DNA from: an uncultured bacterium
GTDB taxonomy: Bacteria > Auribacterota > Erginobacteria > Erginobacterales > Erginobacteraceae
DNA: 64,000 bases
Direction: 5' to 3'
NCBI GenBank assembly: GCA_963822585.1
Contig: CAWGIE010000007.1
Span: 64,001-128,000 of the forward strand
Shown here: in pieces, positions 10,585 to 20,440 of the stretch
How positions within the stretch are numbered: the stretch's first letter is position 1
How the letters are laid out: every line of letters begins with the position of its first letter
Made by a program: the position numbers and the translations under genes
The notes under the pieces: model-generated
The model's input: only the letters and a program-made list of their open reading frames with translations
What the model was told of the DNA's origin: nothing
The model's database searches: none

Positions 10585-10905
10585 AAAGAGTATAGTACAA
10601 TCAATACTTAGTTACAATACTATCCCTGCCTTCTTTGGTACTGTTTAAAATAACCCCCCCGGGCGCTCTAACGCACGATCGAGATCATCCCCGCTTACCC
10701 GGAAGCGATGACCAACCCGGCCATCAGCCGTAAAATCTGGATGAGCTGGCGGAAGCGGAAGCAGTCATACAAAACCATGATCGCATAAACGAAAACCGGA
10801 CATTTCTCATTTGGTTGTACAACATGATTATTCTTCCTTGACCGTTTTCCCGGCTTCCGCTATACTAAGAAATCCTTTATCCCTCTCTCACTTCCGCCGG
10901 ACTAA

Positions 10906-12006
10906 ATGAAAGACAGCGCACTGACAAAAAAACAGCTTCTGGAAGAAGTCCGACAACTCCGGGAGGAGGTGAGCCGGCTGGAGAAAACCCGAAAAACGGA
11001 TACCCCGGAGGAAGACGGGGAAACACAGCTGCGCATGCTGGTGGAATCCCTCCCCGACGTGGTCCTGACACTGGACGGCGAGGGGCGACACCTGAAAGTG
11101 CTGGCCCAAAGGGACGGCCTCCTGTTGGCCCGGCCGGAGGACATGCGGGGGAAACTCATTCGTGACATCATGCCCCGGAAGACAGCCGACCAATGCGTCG
11201 CCATCATCCGCCAGACCATTGCCTCCGGGGAAGGACAGATCATGGAGTATGAGCTGGACGTCGTCGAGGGGCACCGGTGGTTCGAGGGACGGACTTCACC
11301 GCTCAGGGAGCCTGACGGTTCGATCCCGAAGGTGCTCTGGATAGCACGCGATGTCACTGAGCGGAAACAGGCTGAAGAGAGAATACAGACCGCCCTCAAG
11401 GAGAAAGAACTGCTGCTGAAGGAGATCTATCACCGGGTAAAGAATAATCTCCAGATCATCATCAGCCTTCTCAAGCTCCAGGCCGGTTATGTAACTGACG
11501 ACAGTACACAGAAACTCTTCCGGAAAAGCTGCAACCGCATCGCCTCCATGGCGATCATCCATGAGATACTGTACCGCGCCGATAATCTTGCCCAGGTGGA
11601 TTTTAACCTCTATATCAACTCCCTGGTCAGCCACCTTTTCTACGGATACGCGGTCGGCCAGGAGCAAATCCGGCTGGAGACGGAGATCCGGGATATCTTT
11701 CTCGATATCAACACGGCCATCCCCTGCGGATTGATCATCAATGAACTGGTCTCAAGCTGCCTCGATCTGGGTTTCCCCGAACATGGGCGGGGAATTATCC
11801 GGATAACGATGCTGCGGCCGACGGAAGACGAGATTGAATTATCTTTCTCCTGCCGGAGAGACGGCTGGCCGAAAGACCTGATCGACGAGAAGAATCTGTC
11901 ATTCGGCATGGAATTGATACAGACGCTGACGAAACAGCTCGGAGGTGAACTGAAGTTAGAGAGGAACAAGTGGACGACAGTCAAGATAACCTTCTCCGAT
12001 AGATGA
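10906..12006 (+). CDS. PAS-domain sensor histidine kinase (HisKA_2 type)
   Basis: PAS/PAC ending DVTERK, EIYHRVKNNLQ, GLIINELVS; ATP-binding boxes degenerate. Confidence 0.85.
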   Translation: MKDSALTKKQLLEEVRQLREEVSRLEKTRKTDTPEEDGETQLRMLVESLPDVVLTLDGEGRHLKVLAQRDGLLLARPEDMRGKLIRDIMPRKTADQCVAIIRQTIASGEGQIMEYELDVVEGHRWFEGRTSPLREPDGSIPKVLWIARDVTERKQAEERIQTALKEKELLLKEIYHRVKNNLQIIISLLKLQAGYVTDDSTQKLFRKSCNRIASMAIIHEILYRADNLAQVDFNLYINSLVSHLFYGYAVGQEQIRLETEIRDIFLDINTAIPCGLIINELVSSCLDLGFPEHGRGIIRITMLRPTEDEIELSFSCRRDGWPKDLIDEKNLSFGMELIQTLTKQLGGELKLERNKWTTVKITFSDR

Positions 12007-12019
12007 GGGCCGGTTGAGA

Positions 12020-12640
12020 ATGAAAAAACGGATCATGATCGTCGAAGATGAAGGCATCGTCGCCCGTGACCTGGAGAAGACACTACTGCGGTTGGGGTAT
12101 GAGGTCACGGCCATTGTTCATTCCGGCCAGGCGGCTGTTACAGAGGCCGCGGGGGGAAAACCGGACCTGGTATTAATGGACATCCTCCTCCGCGGGGAGA
12201 TGGACGGGATCACGGCGGCCGCCCAGATCCGCGAACAGGCCAATATACCGATCATCTTTCTCACGGCCTATGCCGACAACGAGATCCTGAAGCGAGCCAT
12301 AGCGACCGAGCCGTTCGCCTATATCCTGAAGCCGTTCCGGGAGCGGGAACTCCACACCAACATTGAGATGGCTATCTACCGGCACGCCATGGAGGAAGAG
12401 CGGGAACAGCTGATCAGGGATCTTCAGGAAGCGCTGGGCCGCGTCCGGACACTGGAAGGCATCCTGCCCATCTGTGCCCACTGCAAGAGAATCCGCGACG
12501 AAACGGGACGCTGGCGCGAGGTCAGCAGCTATATTCACGATCACTCCCGGGCGGAGTTCACGCACGGCATCTGCCCCGATTGCGTGCAAAAACACTACCC
12601 CGGTTTTTCCGGCTCCTCCTGCTCTACCCCAGGGCCTTAA
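12020..12640 (+). CDS. Response regulator with C-terminal Cys/His motif
   Basis: VEDE, DLVLMD, KPF; LPICAHCKRIRD...FTHGICPDC. Confidence 0.88.
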   Translation: MKKRIMIVEDEGIVARDLEKTLLRLGYEVTAIVHSGQAAVTEAAGGKPDLVLMDILLRGEMDGITAAAQIREQANIPIIFLTAYADNEILKRAIATEPFAYILKPFRERELHTNIEMAIYRHAMEEEREQLIRDLQEALGRVRTLEGILPICAHCKRIRDETGRWREVSSYIHDHSRAEFTHGICPDCVQKHYPGFSGSSCSTPGP

Positions 12641-12646
12641 GTGGCC

Positions 12647-12796
12647 CATTGCATAAATAAGGTGGCATTCGGACGTTCATGCATCCCGTTCTGCTGCGTT
12701 ACTCGTCGGTTAAATACCGCAAGAGTATTCGCCCTCCTCGCGCCTTGCAGAACGGGCGCCTCAACGCCCTCGATACATAACCTTATTTATGCAATG
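12647..12796. mobile_element. MITE-like element with 17-bp terminal inverted repeats
   Basis: cattgcataaataaggt ... accttatttatgcaatg with a structured interior. Confidence 0.65.
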
Positions 12797-14156
12797 AACC
12801 ACTAAGGAACCGCTTGAACTCGCGGTAGTCGTTGGGCATCGAGACCGGTTCTCCCTTTCTTTTTTCCAGATCCCGCAGGCTGGGCGGCGCCGGGGGGATC
12901 AGACCGAGGAGAGCCTCGATTTCATCGGGGAACTTGGCGGGGGAGGCGGTCTCAATCGAGATGCAGAGCGGGAAATCCCCTTCTTCCTCCAGATATTCCT
13001 GCAGACCCTTCCAGCCCACCGCGCCGTGCGGTTCCAGAAGCAGTCCGTACCGCCGGTATGCCTCCACGATCGTTTCTCTGGTCTCCTGATCGCTCACGCT
13101 TACCGAGTAGAGCCGCCTTCTCATCAGTGCGAGATCGGGGGAGGAGTGCACCCGGCCGACCCGATCGATCGTTCCGCCGTAGATATCGAAGAAGCGGGCC
13201 AGATTACTGGGATGCCCCACATTCATGGCGTTGGAGAGACATTTCCGGGAAGGCTCGACTTTCCGGTAATTCCCGGAGGAGAGAAGCCGGGGAAACTCGT
13301 CGTTTTCGTTGGTCGGCATCAGGAGCCGATGAACGGGCAGACCCATCCTCCAGGCCAGCTCGCATCCGAAGGCGTTGCCGAAGTTGCCGGAAGGAACGCA
13401 GATGACGGCCTCCTCCCCCGCTTCGGCCACCTGGGCATATCCCCAGAAATAGTAGATCGCCTGGGGAAGGACCCTCCCGATGTTAATGGAGTTGGCGGAA
13501 GTGAGGTTCAGACCTCTCAGGTCGGGGTCGAGAAAGGCCCGCTTGACCATATTCTGGCAGTCGTCAAACTTTCCTTCCACCATCAGGGCTTGCACGTTAT
13601 CCCCGAGCGTATCCAGCTGTTTTTTCTGACGGGGACTGACCTCGGCGGCCGGGTAGAGGATGTAAACGGCTATCCCTTCCACCCCTTTGAAAGCATCGCC
13701 GATGGCGCTTCCCGTATCTCCCGAAGTCGCGACCAGGACATTGAGATGACGCCCGGGCGGACGCAAATAGCTCATCAGGCGGGACATCAGCCGGGCGGCA
13801 AAATCCTTGAAAGATGCCGTTGGTCCCCGATCGAGCCGCATTACGTAGGTACGGTCATGGACGCGTTCGAGAGGGATTTCAAAATTATAGGCGTCCCGGA
13901 GAATGGCCTTGAGATCGGCAACCGGCACCACGTCCTCCCAAAAATGCCTCCCCACCGCCAGGGCGGCTTCGCGGTACGGCCTGCCCTTGAGGGCGGCGAT
14001 CTCTTCCCGGGAAATGGTCGGAAACCGATCCGGCATAAAGAGGCCGGCATCCGGCGCCTGGCCCATGATCAGCGCCTCGGAAAAGTCGACGGTCTCCCGA
14101 AAAGGAGGAAGTTCTTCTCCTTCCAGTTTCCGGTTGGTGCTGTAATATCGAATCAT
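12783..14156 (-). CDS. thrC: Threonine synthase
   Basis: GPTASFKDFAAR PLP-lysine motif, ATSGDTG, NSINIGR, PSGNFGN. Confidence 0.93.
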   Translation of the reverse strand: MIRYYSTNRKLEGEELPPFRETVDFSEALIMGQAPDAGLFMPDRFPTISREEIAALKGRPYREAALAVGRHFWEDVVPVADLKAILRDAYNFEIPLERVHDRTYVMRLDRGPTASFKDFAARLMSRLMSYLRPPGRHLNVLVATSGDTGSAIGDAFKGVEGIAVYILYPAAEVSPRQKKQLDTLGDNVQALMVEGKFDDCQNMVKRAFLDPDLRGLNLTSANSINIGRVLPQAIYYFWGYAQVAEAGEEAVICVPSGNFGNAFGCELAWRMGLPVHRLLMPTNENDEFPRLLSSGNYRKVEPSRKCLSNAMNVGHPSNLARFFDIYGGTIDRVGRVHSSPDLALMRRRLYSVSVSDQETRETIVEAYRRYGLLLEPHGAVGWKGLQEYLEEEGDFPLCISIETASPAKFPDEIEALLGLIPPAPPSLRDLEKRKGEPVSMPNDYREFKRFLSGSLHK

Positions 14157-14445
14157 TATAAATTAGCGCCTCCGGCGCTAATTTAGTTGAATTTTCTCTT
14201 TCTAAGTATAAACCAGATTGATAGCAATCCGAACTTTAGTGCGTGTCCAACTGCTTAATCCGTGCCGGTAAGCCTGTGGTATCATAAAACAAATACTGAT
14301 TATTTTATTCCGTTGGCTTGGAGTATTTCACCCTTATTTTTTCGAAGAAAAAATAAGCAATACAATAATATACCGGAATTGCCGCCGCAAGAAAACACGC
14401 ATTGATGTGGAGGATACAACCGGAGGGAATTCTACTCCGCCCTGC

Positions 14446-15177
14446 TTACTCCGGAACCGCGACGCCTTCGACGTAGGTCGTCACTTTTATCTTATTGCCG
14501 GAATGATCCCAGAAAGTCCATTTGCCGCTGGGGAGGTTATTCCTGTATTCGCCCTCGGCCATCTTCTGACCGTTTTCAAACCAGGTGGTGAAGGGGCCGT
14601 TCCGGTCGCCGGAGAAGTATTGCACCCGGCTTTTCAGCTGCCCGTTCGGGTATTGGGCTTCATGGGTACCGGTTACCCCGGAGAGGGCTTCCAGCCTCTG
14701 CGCCCGCTTCTGCTCTTTGATCTTCTGTGAGACGAGATATCCCGCCGTCCCCAGACCGGCGACGACCAATACGGCGATCATGATCAGTATCAACCGCCGT
14801 GTCCGCCTCTTTTTCTCCTCGATCGACCGCAGGTATTCTTTGAATTCTTGCCAGTAGTCCCTGGTCCCGGCTTTTTTAAAGATAAGCTCCAGAGCTGACC
14901 GCATCCGGGGACTGGGAGTGAAGTGGTAGTATTCGCTCCGCATCACCCCCTCGATCTTGGTCTGGAGAAGGCCGGCCCCCTTCAGGTCTTCCAGCGCCCC
15001 GGCAACAGACTTGATCTGATCGGCACCCAGGCCGCCGGCAATCCCGGGCGCGTCGTCATCTTTTTCGGGGTTATCGTAAAAGAATGCGACAATATCAGCC
15101 TTCAGGGGATTGTCGACAATCTCAACGATCGGGGCGAATTCGGCTATCTCCTCGATTTTTTTACCCGGTTCAATCAT
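14446..15177 (-). CDS. Single-pass membrane protein with N-terminal wHTH-like region and C-terminal MORN-like repeats
   Basis: TM segment LILIMIAVLVVAGLGTAGYL; YPNGQLK, WFENGQKMAEGEY, GKWTFWD. Confidence 0.7.
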   Translation of the reverse strand: MIEPGKKIEEIAEFAPIVEIVDNPLKADIVAFFYDNPEKDDDAPGIAGGLGADQIKSVAGALEDLKGAGLLQTKIEGVMRSEYYHFTPSPRMRSALELIFKKAGTRDYWQEFKEYLRSIEEKKRRTRRLILIMIAVLVVAGLGTAGYLVSQKIKEQKRAQRLEALSGVTGTHEAQYPNGQLKSRVQYFSGDRNGPFTTWFENGQKMAEGEYRNNLPSGKWTFWDHSGNKIKVTTYVEGVAVPE

Positions 15178-15196
15178 GCCTGGAACACCTTCTCTG

Positions 15197-16082
15197 CTAT
15201 TGTTTTTCCTCCCACCACTTCTCCCACCGTCGGATTGCGGCTTTCCGGTCCTCCAGGGAAGCCTCGGGATCGAAAGCAAAATTATGCCCTGTTATCTCCC
15301 TGAGATACTCAACCGCCTGTTCCCTGACCGATCCCTTCTGGTCCCGCACGTCCGTACTCAAGTTGACGATTAACACCGGAATCCCCTCGGTATCTCCCAG
15401 GCGGGCCAGGGCACGGGCGGCGGCGTTCCTCACCCAGTAATTGGGATTGTAGATACTGTTGCGGAGGGAAGGGATGGCCCTTTTATCCCCCAGCTGTCCA
15501 AGCGCGTTAGCGGCGCCGCTGCGGACATACGAACTCTCGTCCTTGAGGCACGCTATCAATTCCGGATACGCTTCCTGGACCGTGAGGTTCCCGAGGGCTT
15601 CCGAGGCGGCCCAGCGCACGTAAGAACTCTTGTCCTGGAGGGCGGTGAGGAGGGGCTGATGGACCCGAGGGTCCTTAAACTTGCCCAGCGCGACCACGCA
15701 ATCGTACCGGACATAATCGCTGCCCGCGGCGGCGGCCGTGATCAAAACCGGTATGGAACTGTTGTCATGGATGTTGCCCAGTGCCTGGGCGGCGTAACGT
15801 CGAATCTGTTCCTGAGGGTCCTGCAGAGCGACCTCCAGGTAGGGGACGGCAATAACATCATTTCCGGTCGCCTGGATGGAGAGTTCTTTCGCGGCCGCCA
15901 TCCTCTGGAGAAAGTCTTCTTTGCTCAGATCGGAGATATAGTTGACAATGTCTTTTTCATCTCCCCCCCGCCGCAGGCGGTGAGAAGGAGACAGGCAAAG
16001 GCCAGGAAGAGCCCATAGGGAAGGGTACGCCGGGAAGGAAAGGCGGTGCTGGCTACATGGAGAGCTCGAAGCTTATGCATGA
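15197..16082 (-). CDS. HEAT-repeat lipoprotein, split by a frameshift in a G7 run near 15965
   Basis: Repeated D...YVR.AAA.ALG units; signal peptide/lipobox LTAC in the upstream frame joins after a 1-base shift. Confidence 0.75.
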
Positions 16083-16333
16083 TGGCCGCTGGAGACGGGA
16101 ATATCGATACAATTATTTCTCTGAACGTGTACGCTACCACTTGTCGTCTTATCCGTCAAATAAAATCCCGGAAATTCGCAGCCTTGTTCATGAACCGCTC
16201 AGGACACAGTGAATTATCGGTTACGGTTGCGCGGCTCGCATCATTTGCGGGTGTCGGTTACGGTAAAAACCGCACGCAACCGTAACACGTTCTCCCTTTT
16301 AAGCAGTCTAACCGTTCGACGATACCTAAGAAT

Positions 16334-18601
16334 TCACCGTGCCGCGGGGATGTCCCCCGCCGTTCCGAAATAGGCGCGGCTTATCCCCCGGACCGCCCAG
16401 CGGCCGCTGTTCTCCCGGAAAACAGCGCAGTCCGTGCTGCCGTCGCCGTTAAAATCCCCCGGGACCGGGCGGTCGCCGGGTCCGCCGTAATAGAACCGGC
16501 TCAGCCCCCGCACCGCCCAGAAGCCGGCGCCCTCCCGGAAGATTCCGCATTCCGTGGTCCCGTCCCCGTCAAAATCCCCCGCGATCGGACGGTCGCCGGG
16601 AGCGCCGTAATAGAACCGGGTCTGTCCCCGGATCGCCCAGAGGCCGCCGCTGCTCCGGAAGACGGCACAGTCCGTAGTCCCGTCACCATTAAAATCCCCC
16701 GGGACCGGGCGATCTCCCCGGGCGCCGTAATAAAACCGGCTTAACCCCCGCACCGCCCAGAAGCCGGTGCTCTGCCGGAAAACCGCCGGATCGGCGAGCC
16801 CGTCGCCGTCGTAATCCGCGGCCAGGGGGAGATCGTTGACCGTTCCGTAGGAGAAGCGGCTCACCCCCTGTACTATCCAGAGACCGGATAACCGCCGGTA
16901 GAGAGCGATCTCCGCCGTCCCGTCCCCGTTAAAATCGGCGGGACAGGGGATATCCGTCGGCAGACCGAAGTATCTCCTGGTCAGCCCTCGCACCGCCCAG
17001 AGACCGAGCGTGTCGCGGAAAACCGCGAAATCGGAATCTCCGTCGCCGTCGTAATCAACCGTCCCGGCAAAGACCGGTTCCGCCGTCTCTACCGGACCGA
17101 TATCGGGACCCCTCCCCGCCTGGCGGGGATTGCCGTAATAGTCGAACGCGGGCGAAAGAACGCCGGCCGCGGTGCCCCGGTCCCGGCAGGGCGATCCGTA
17201 GGGAGTCCGGAAATCCTCGTCCGCCGGGGCGGCCAGAAGGGGATCAAGGGCGATGTTGCTGGAAGAGGCGGCCAGGCCGTTCAGGGCGGTGACGGTGGCG
17301 GCGGGTACCTGGCCGGAATAAAGGCCGGCCGGCATGTCGTAATAGAGAGAATTGAGTGAGCGCAGGTCCGGCGTCCCCAGGTAAAAGGTATGGTCGAGAT
17401 CGATGAAGATGGAATTAACGACCTCGAACTTCCCGGTACTGCCCCCATCGTAGGCGTAGGTCCCGCAGTAACCGTCCCCTTTCTTCATCAGGATGGAGTT
17501 GATCATACGGCAGGGTCCGTCTTCAATGACGAAGGCGGCATCGGCGTCGGCTTCGTAGATGATGGAGTTGATCACCTCCCCGTTATGCCAGAACTTGACA
17601 CCGTTGCGCCCGATCCCCGAGAGCAGGGTGTTGACGACGCAGACGTCGAACGATTTGGTGTCGATCCCGTCCCCCTGGATATTCTCGATCAGGCAATCGT
17701 CGATCAGGACCCCGCGGCAGTTGACCACCGCGAAACCGTCCACGGCGGTGGACCCGCTTCCCTGGGGGTCGTTGCGGACCGCCACGTTGGAGATCCGTAC
17801 CCCCTTCACGTTGGCGTCATCCTCGTCGCCGATATTGATCGGCATGTCCACGTCTTCCAGGGTAACGCCGGAGATGATCAGCCCTTCGATCTGGTACTTG
17901 ATCCCCGGATCGTCGGGATCGAACTGCCGGCCGGAGAAATACCCCGCCGAGACGTAGTTGGTCGAGAAGAGCTGGGTGATGAAATCGGGGCCACGCTTTT
18001 TGAACTCCCGGGCCCGGATGTTTTTTATCACCAGGTTCTCCTGGGGGGCCTGATCATACTGGGTCCCGAAGTAAAAGGGGGTGGACCATCCCTCCAGGGT
18101 AAGATCGCTGATGGTGATATTCCGGCAGGGAGCATATGAAAAAAAGAGCACCTCCTCGCCCCAGGAGGTGGGGTCCGCCGGCCAGATGTCGGGGCGGATG
18201 GTCACCTCCTCTCCGGGGTAGGCGGTGATCACCAAATCGCCCCGCTCGATCTCCAGATATTCGTAGGCGGAAGAACGGTAATAAACCCCGCCCCGGAGAT
18301 AGATCACGAAAGGAGTCGAGGAGTGGGCATTGGCATAGGCGATCGCCGCGCCCAGGTGCATCTTGGGGGTGGCGATGGAGAGCCCTGAATTGGAGTCATT
18401 CCCGTCGGTCGCCACGTAAAGAGGGGTCTTCCCGACCGCCGTGGTCGTATCCTCCGGGATGTCTCCGGAGGCCAGGTATTCCGACGCCGCCAGGAGCTCG
18501 GAGAGGGGCGGGATCGTCCGGCCGGGAACCGGAGAGGGAACGGCGCCCAGCAGACAGAGGCCCGGCAGGAGCATCAGCAGCGGCAATCGTTTTCTTCTCA
18601 T
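16334..18601 (-). CDS. Secreted beta-helix (pectin-lyase-like) protein with C-terminal FG-GAP/VCBS-like repeats
   Basis: Signal peptide; YVATDGNDSNSG; six D(F/Y).GDG..D.A.FR...G.WA.RG repeats of 40 aa. Confidence 0.8.
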   Translation of the reverse strand: MRRKRLPLLMLLPGLCLLGAVPSPVPGRTIPPLSELLAASEYLASGDIPEDTTTAVGKTPLYVATDGNDSNSGLSIATPKMHLGAAIAYANAHSSTPFVIYLRGGVYYRSSAYEYLEIERGDLVITAYPGEEVTIRPDIWPADPTSWGEEVLFFSYAPCRNITISDLTLEGWSTPFYFGTQYDQAPQENLVIKNIRAREFKKRGPDFITQLFSTNYVSAGYFSGRQFDPDDPGIKYQIEGLIISGVTLEDVDMPINIGDEDDANVKGVRISNVAVRNDPQGSGSTAVDGFAVVNCRGVLIDDCLIENIQGDGIDTKSFDVCVVNTLLSGIGRNGVKFWHNGEVINSIIYEADADAAFVIEDGPCRMINSILMKKGDGYCGTYAYDGGSTGKFEVVNSIFIDLDHTFYLGTPDLRSLNSLYYDMPAGLYSGQVPAATVTALNGLAASSSNIALDPLLAAPADEDFRTPYGSPCRDRGTAAGVLSPAFDYYGNPRQAGRGPDIGPVETAEPVFAGTVDYDGDGDSDFAVFRDTLGLWAVRGLTRRYFGLPTDIPCPADFNGDGTAEIALYRRLSGLWIVQGVSRFSYGTVNDLPLAADYDGDGLADPAVFRQSTGFWAVRGLSRFYYGARGDRPVPGDFNGDGTTDCAVFRSSGGLWAIRGQTRFYYGAPGDRPIAGDFDGDGTTECGIFREGAGFWAVRGLSRFYYGGPGDRPVPGDFNGDGSTDCAVFRENSGRWAVRGISRAYFGTAGDIPAAR

Positions 18602-18811
18602 CGCAATGGTTCCCCCTTCTTTGCCTAAATATACCTCATTTCCCACTTAATCCCAACCCCCTCTTTTTCCCGCTTGACGCCCCCCGGACCCGGTGCGATA
18701 GTGATTTTATTTTCCCTCCCCCGATTAATACTTCGGGTCGGCGCGGGAAAATAAAAATGTGCCAGCATCGAACTAATATCGCTAACTTACTGCTTCGGAA
18801 TTTCAATGAAT

Positions 18812-18866
18812 GTTGCGGCGGCGACCTTCAGGTCGCCACTAAATGGCAGCCTAAAGGCTGCCGCTA
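18812..18866. repeat. GTAG-type REP-like doublet; similar REPs at 311-332 and 36466-36550
   Basis: ggcgaccttcaggtcgcc ... ggcagcctaaaggctgccgctac. Confidence 0.55.
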
Positions 18867-18943
18867 CGAAGTTAGCGCCGAAGGTGCTGAGCTCTTTAAT
18901 AAAGTAAATTCGTGTAATTCGCGTAATTCGTAGTTCTTTTATT

Positions 18944-19363
18944 ATGAAAGAAGGCATAAAGACGATCCGGGTGCCGGCCCGGCTGGAGAACCTGGAAAAG
19001 CTGGTAGACTTCGTCATCGGCTGCCTGGAATGCTCCGGGATCCCCCCGCAGGCGGTCTCCGACATCCACCTGGCGGTGGACGAGGCCTGCACCAACACCA
19101 TCAAATACGCCTACCCGGAGGGTGAAAAGGGTGAGATCGAACTCACCTGCGGCGCCGACGGCTCCACCGTCACCGTCACCATCCGGGACTGGGGGGCCCC
19201 CTTCAACCCCCTGGAAGCTCCCCCTCCCGATCTCAGCCTCGATATTGAAGATCGCCCCGTCGGCGGACTGGGCATCTTCCTGATGAAAAAGTTCTCCGAT
19301 CGTCTCGAGTACCGCCGCGAGAACGACTCCAACCTCCTCACCATTATAAAAAAGGCCGGGTAG
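18944..19363 (+). CDS. Anti-sigma factor Ser/Thr kinase (RsbW-like HATPase)
   Basis: LAVDEACTNTIKYAY, IRDWGAPFNP, GGLGIFLM. Confidence 0.9.
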   Translation: MKEGIKTIRVPARLENLEKLVDFVIGCLECSGIPPQAVSDIHLAVDEACTNTIKYAYPEGEKGEIELTCGADGSTVTVTIRDWGAPFNPLEAPPPDLSLDIEDRPVGGLGIFLMKKFSDRLEYRRENDSNLLTIIKKAG

Positions 19364-19390
19364 ATTCTCCGGATCCACCCGGCCTTTTTT
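19348..19390. terminator. Bidirectional intrinsic terminator
   Basis: aaaaaa ggccgggt...acccggcc tttttt between convergent genes. Confidence 0.7.
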
Positions 19391-19532
19391 ATATTCGAAT
19401 AATCCGTCGAACCTGACTTATCGAAGCAACTGCCTTCCTGATGGTTTTAAACAAAAATATGTGCCACGTGGCACATTTAGCTTCGATTTTCGTGATTTTT
19501 TGCCTCTGAAGGAACTTTTTTGTCAGTATTTT

Positions 19533-19994
19533 CTATTCCCGCCCGCCCGGTTTCGGCCGCCACTCTTTCTCGGCCGTCCACCCGTTGGACGCGGAGCCGA
19601 TACTGTCAAACTTCGGTATGTACGGCTTGATATCCAGCAAAGGCGTCCCGTCGAGAATATCGAGGTTATCGACAATCAACACGTTCCCTTCCCGGCGCCG
19701 CAGCCGGACGATGGACAACCCGATTCCGTTCGGGCGGCAGGGGTGCCGCGAAGCGTAGATGCCGTGCGGATTGTCATCAAGAAAGGTAGGTCTCTCCAAG
19801 GCGATCTCACCGGCCCGGTCAAACAGGTAGAGCAGATAGAGGTGAGAAAAGGTTTCGATATCCTTGAGTCCGGCGGCGTATTCTTCAAATACCTCGACCG
19901 TGCCCTCAGCGCCCGCGGCAAAGACCGGCTGGATCGGGCACTCGCTCTTTGTCTGGTGCGGCGAATGAATAATTCCGATGGGATTAATTTCCAT
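19533..19994 (-). CDS. tsaA: tRNA m6t6A37 methyltransferase TrmO/TsaA
   Basis: PIGIIHSP, GIYASRHPCRPNGIGLS, LDILDGTPLLDIKPY. Confidence 0.9.
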   Translation of the reverse strand: MEINPIGIIHSPHQTKSECPIQPVFAAGAEGTVEVFEEYAAGLKDIETFSHLYLLYLFDRAGEIALERPTFLDDNPHGIYASRHPCRPNGIGLSIVRLRRREGNVLIVDNLDILDGTPLLDIKPYIPKFDSIGSASNGWTAEKEWRPKPGGRE

Positions 19995-20125
19995 GATGGT
20001 TATCCAATACGGGCGAATAAAAAAATCATCAAGGCTCTCTGCCGCGTGGCAGACAAAAGTTGGGTGGAGCAGCTTGATATCTGCTGATTGTGCGGAATAA
20101 ACCTAAATTTTTGTCACTTCGGGCC

Positions 20126-20346
20126 AATACCCTGAAAGGGTATAACATTTCAGCCCGGGGTTTCACCCCGGGAATTCGTTCCACGCATCCCCCTCCCCCC
20201 GCACGGAGTGTGGGGGAAGGTCGAAGATCCGGCAGTATTGACGGAGGTTAGGGGATGGGGGTTTTCATATATGGTACCCAGGGTAGCTTGCCCTGAGCGG
20301 AGTCGAAGGGTAACCCTGGGCTTTCATGTTTAACCCCTTTGGGGTT
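20126..20346. repeat. Composite REP-like palindromic element, copy 1
   Basis: accctgaaagggt, cccggggtttcaccccggg, cccagggt..accctggg, aacccctttggggtt; homologous to 27467-27693. Confidence 0.75.
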
Positions 20347-20371
20347 TTCCGCCTCCTGTTCGCCCTCTCGC

Positions 20372-20440
20372 ACATATCGCCAAGCTCACTCGCCAGGGCC
20401 CGCAGCGCGGGCCATGGTCGAGTGGAGCACCTGGTTATCT
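20372..20440 (-). other. attC site, 69 bp, last of array 1; R' is GATATGT
   Basis: R'' AGATAAC, L'' GCTCCAC / L' GTGAGC with extrahelical C, central hairpin. Confidence 0.85.

Noticed and set aside
16334..17060. Diversity-generating retroelement template/variable repeat pair
   Set aside because: Repeats are in-frame protein repeats without adenine-specific differences, and no reverse transcriptase is present.
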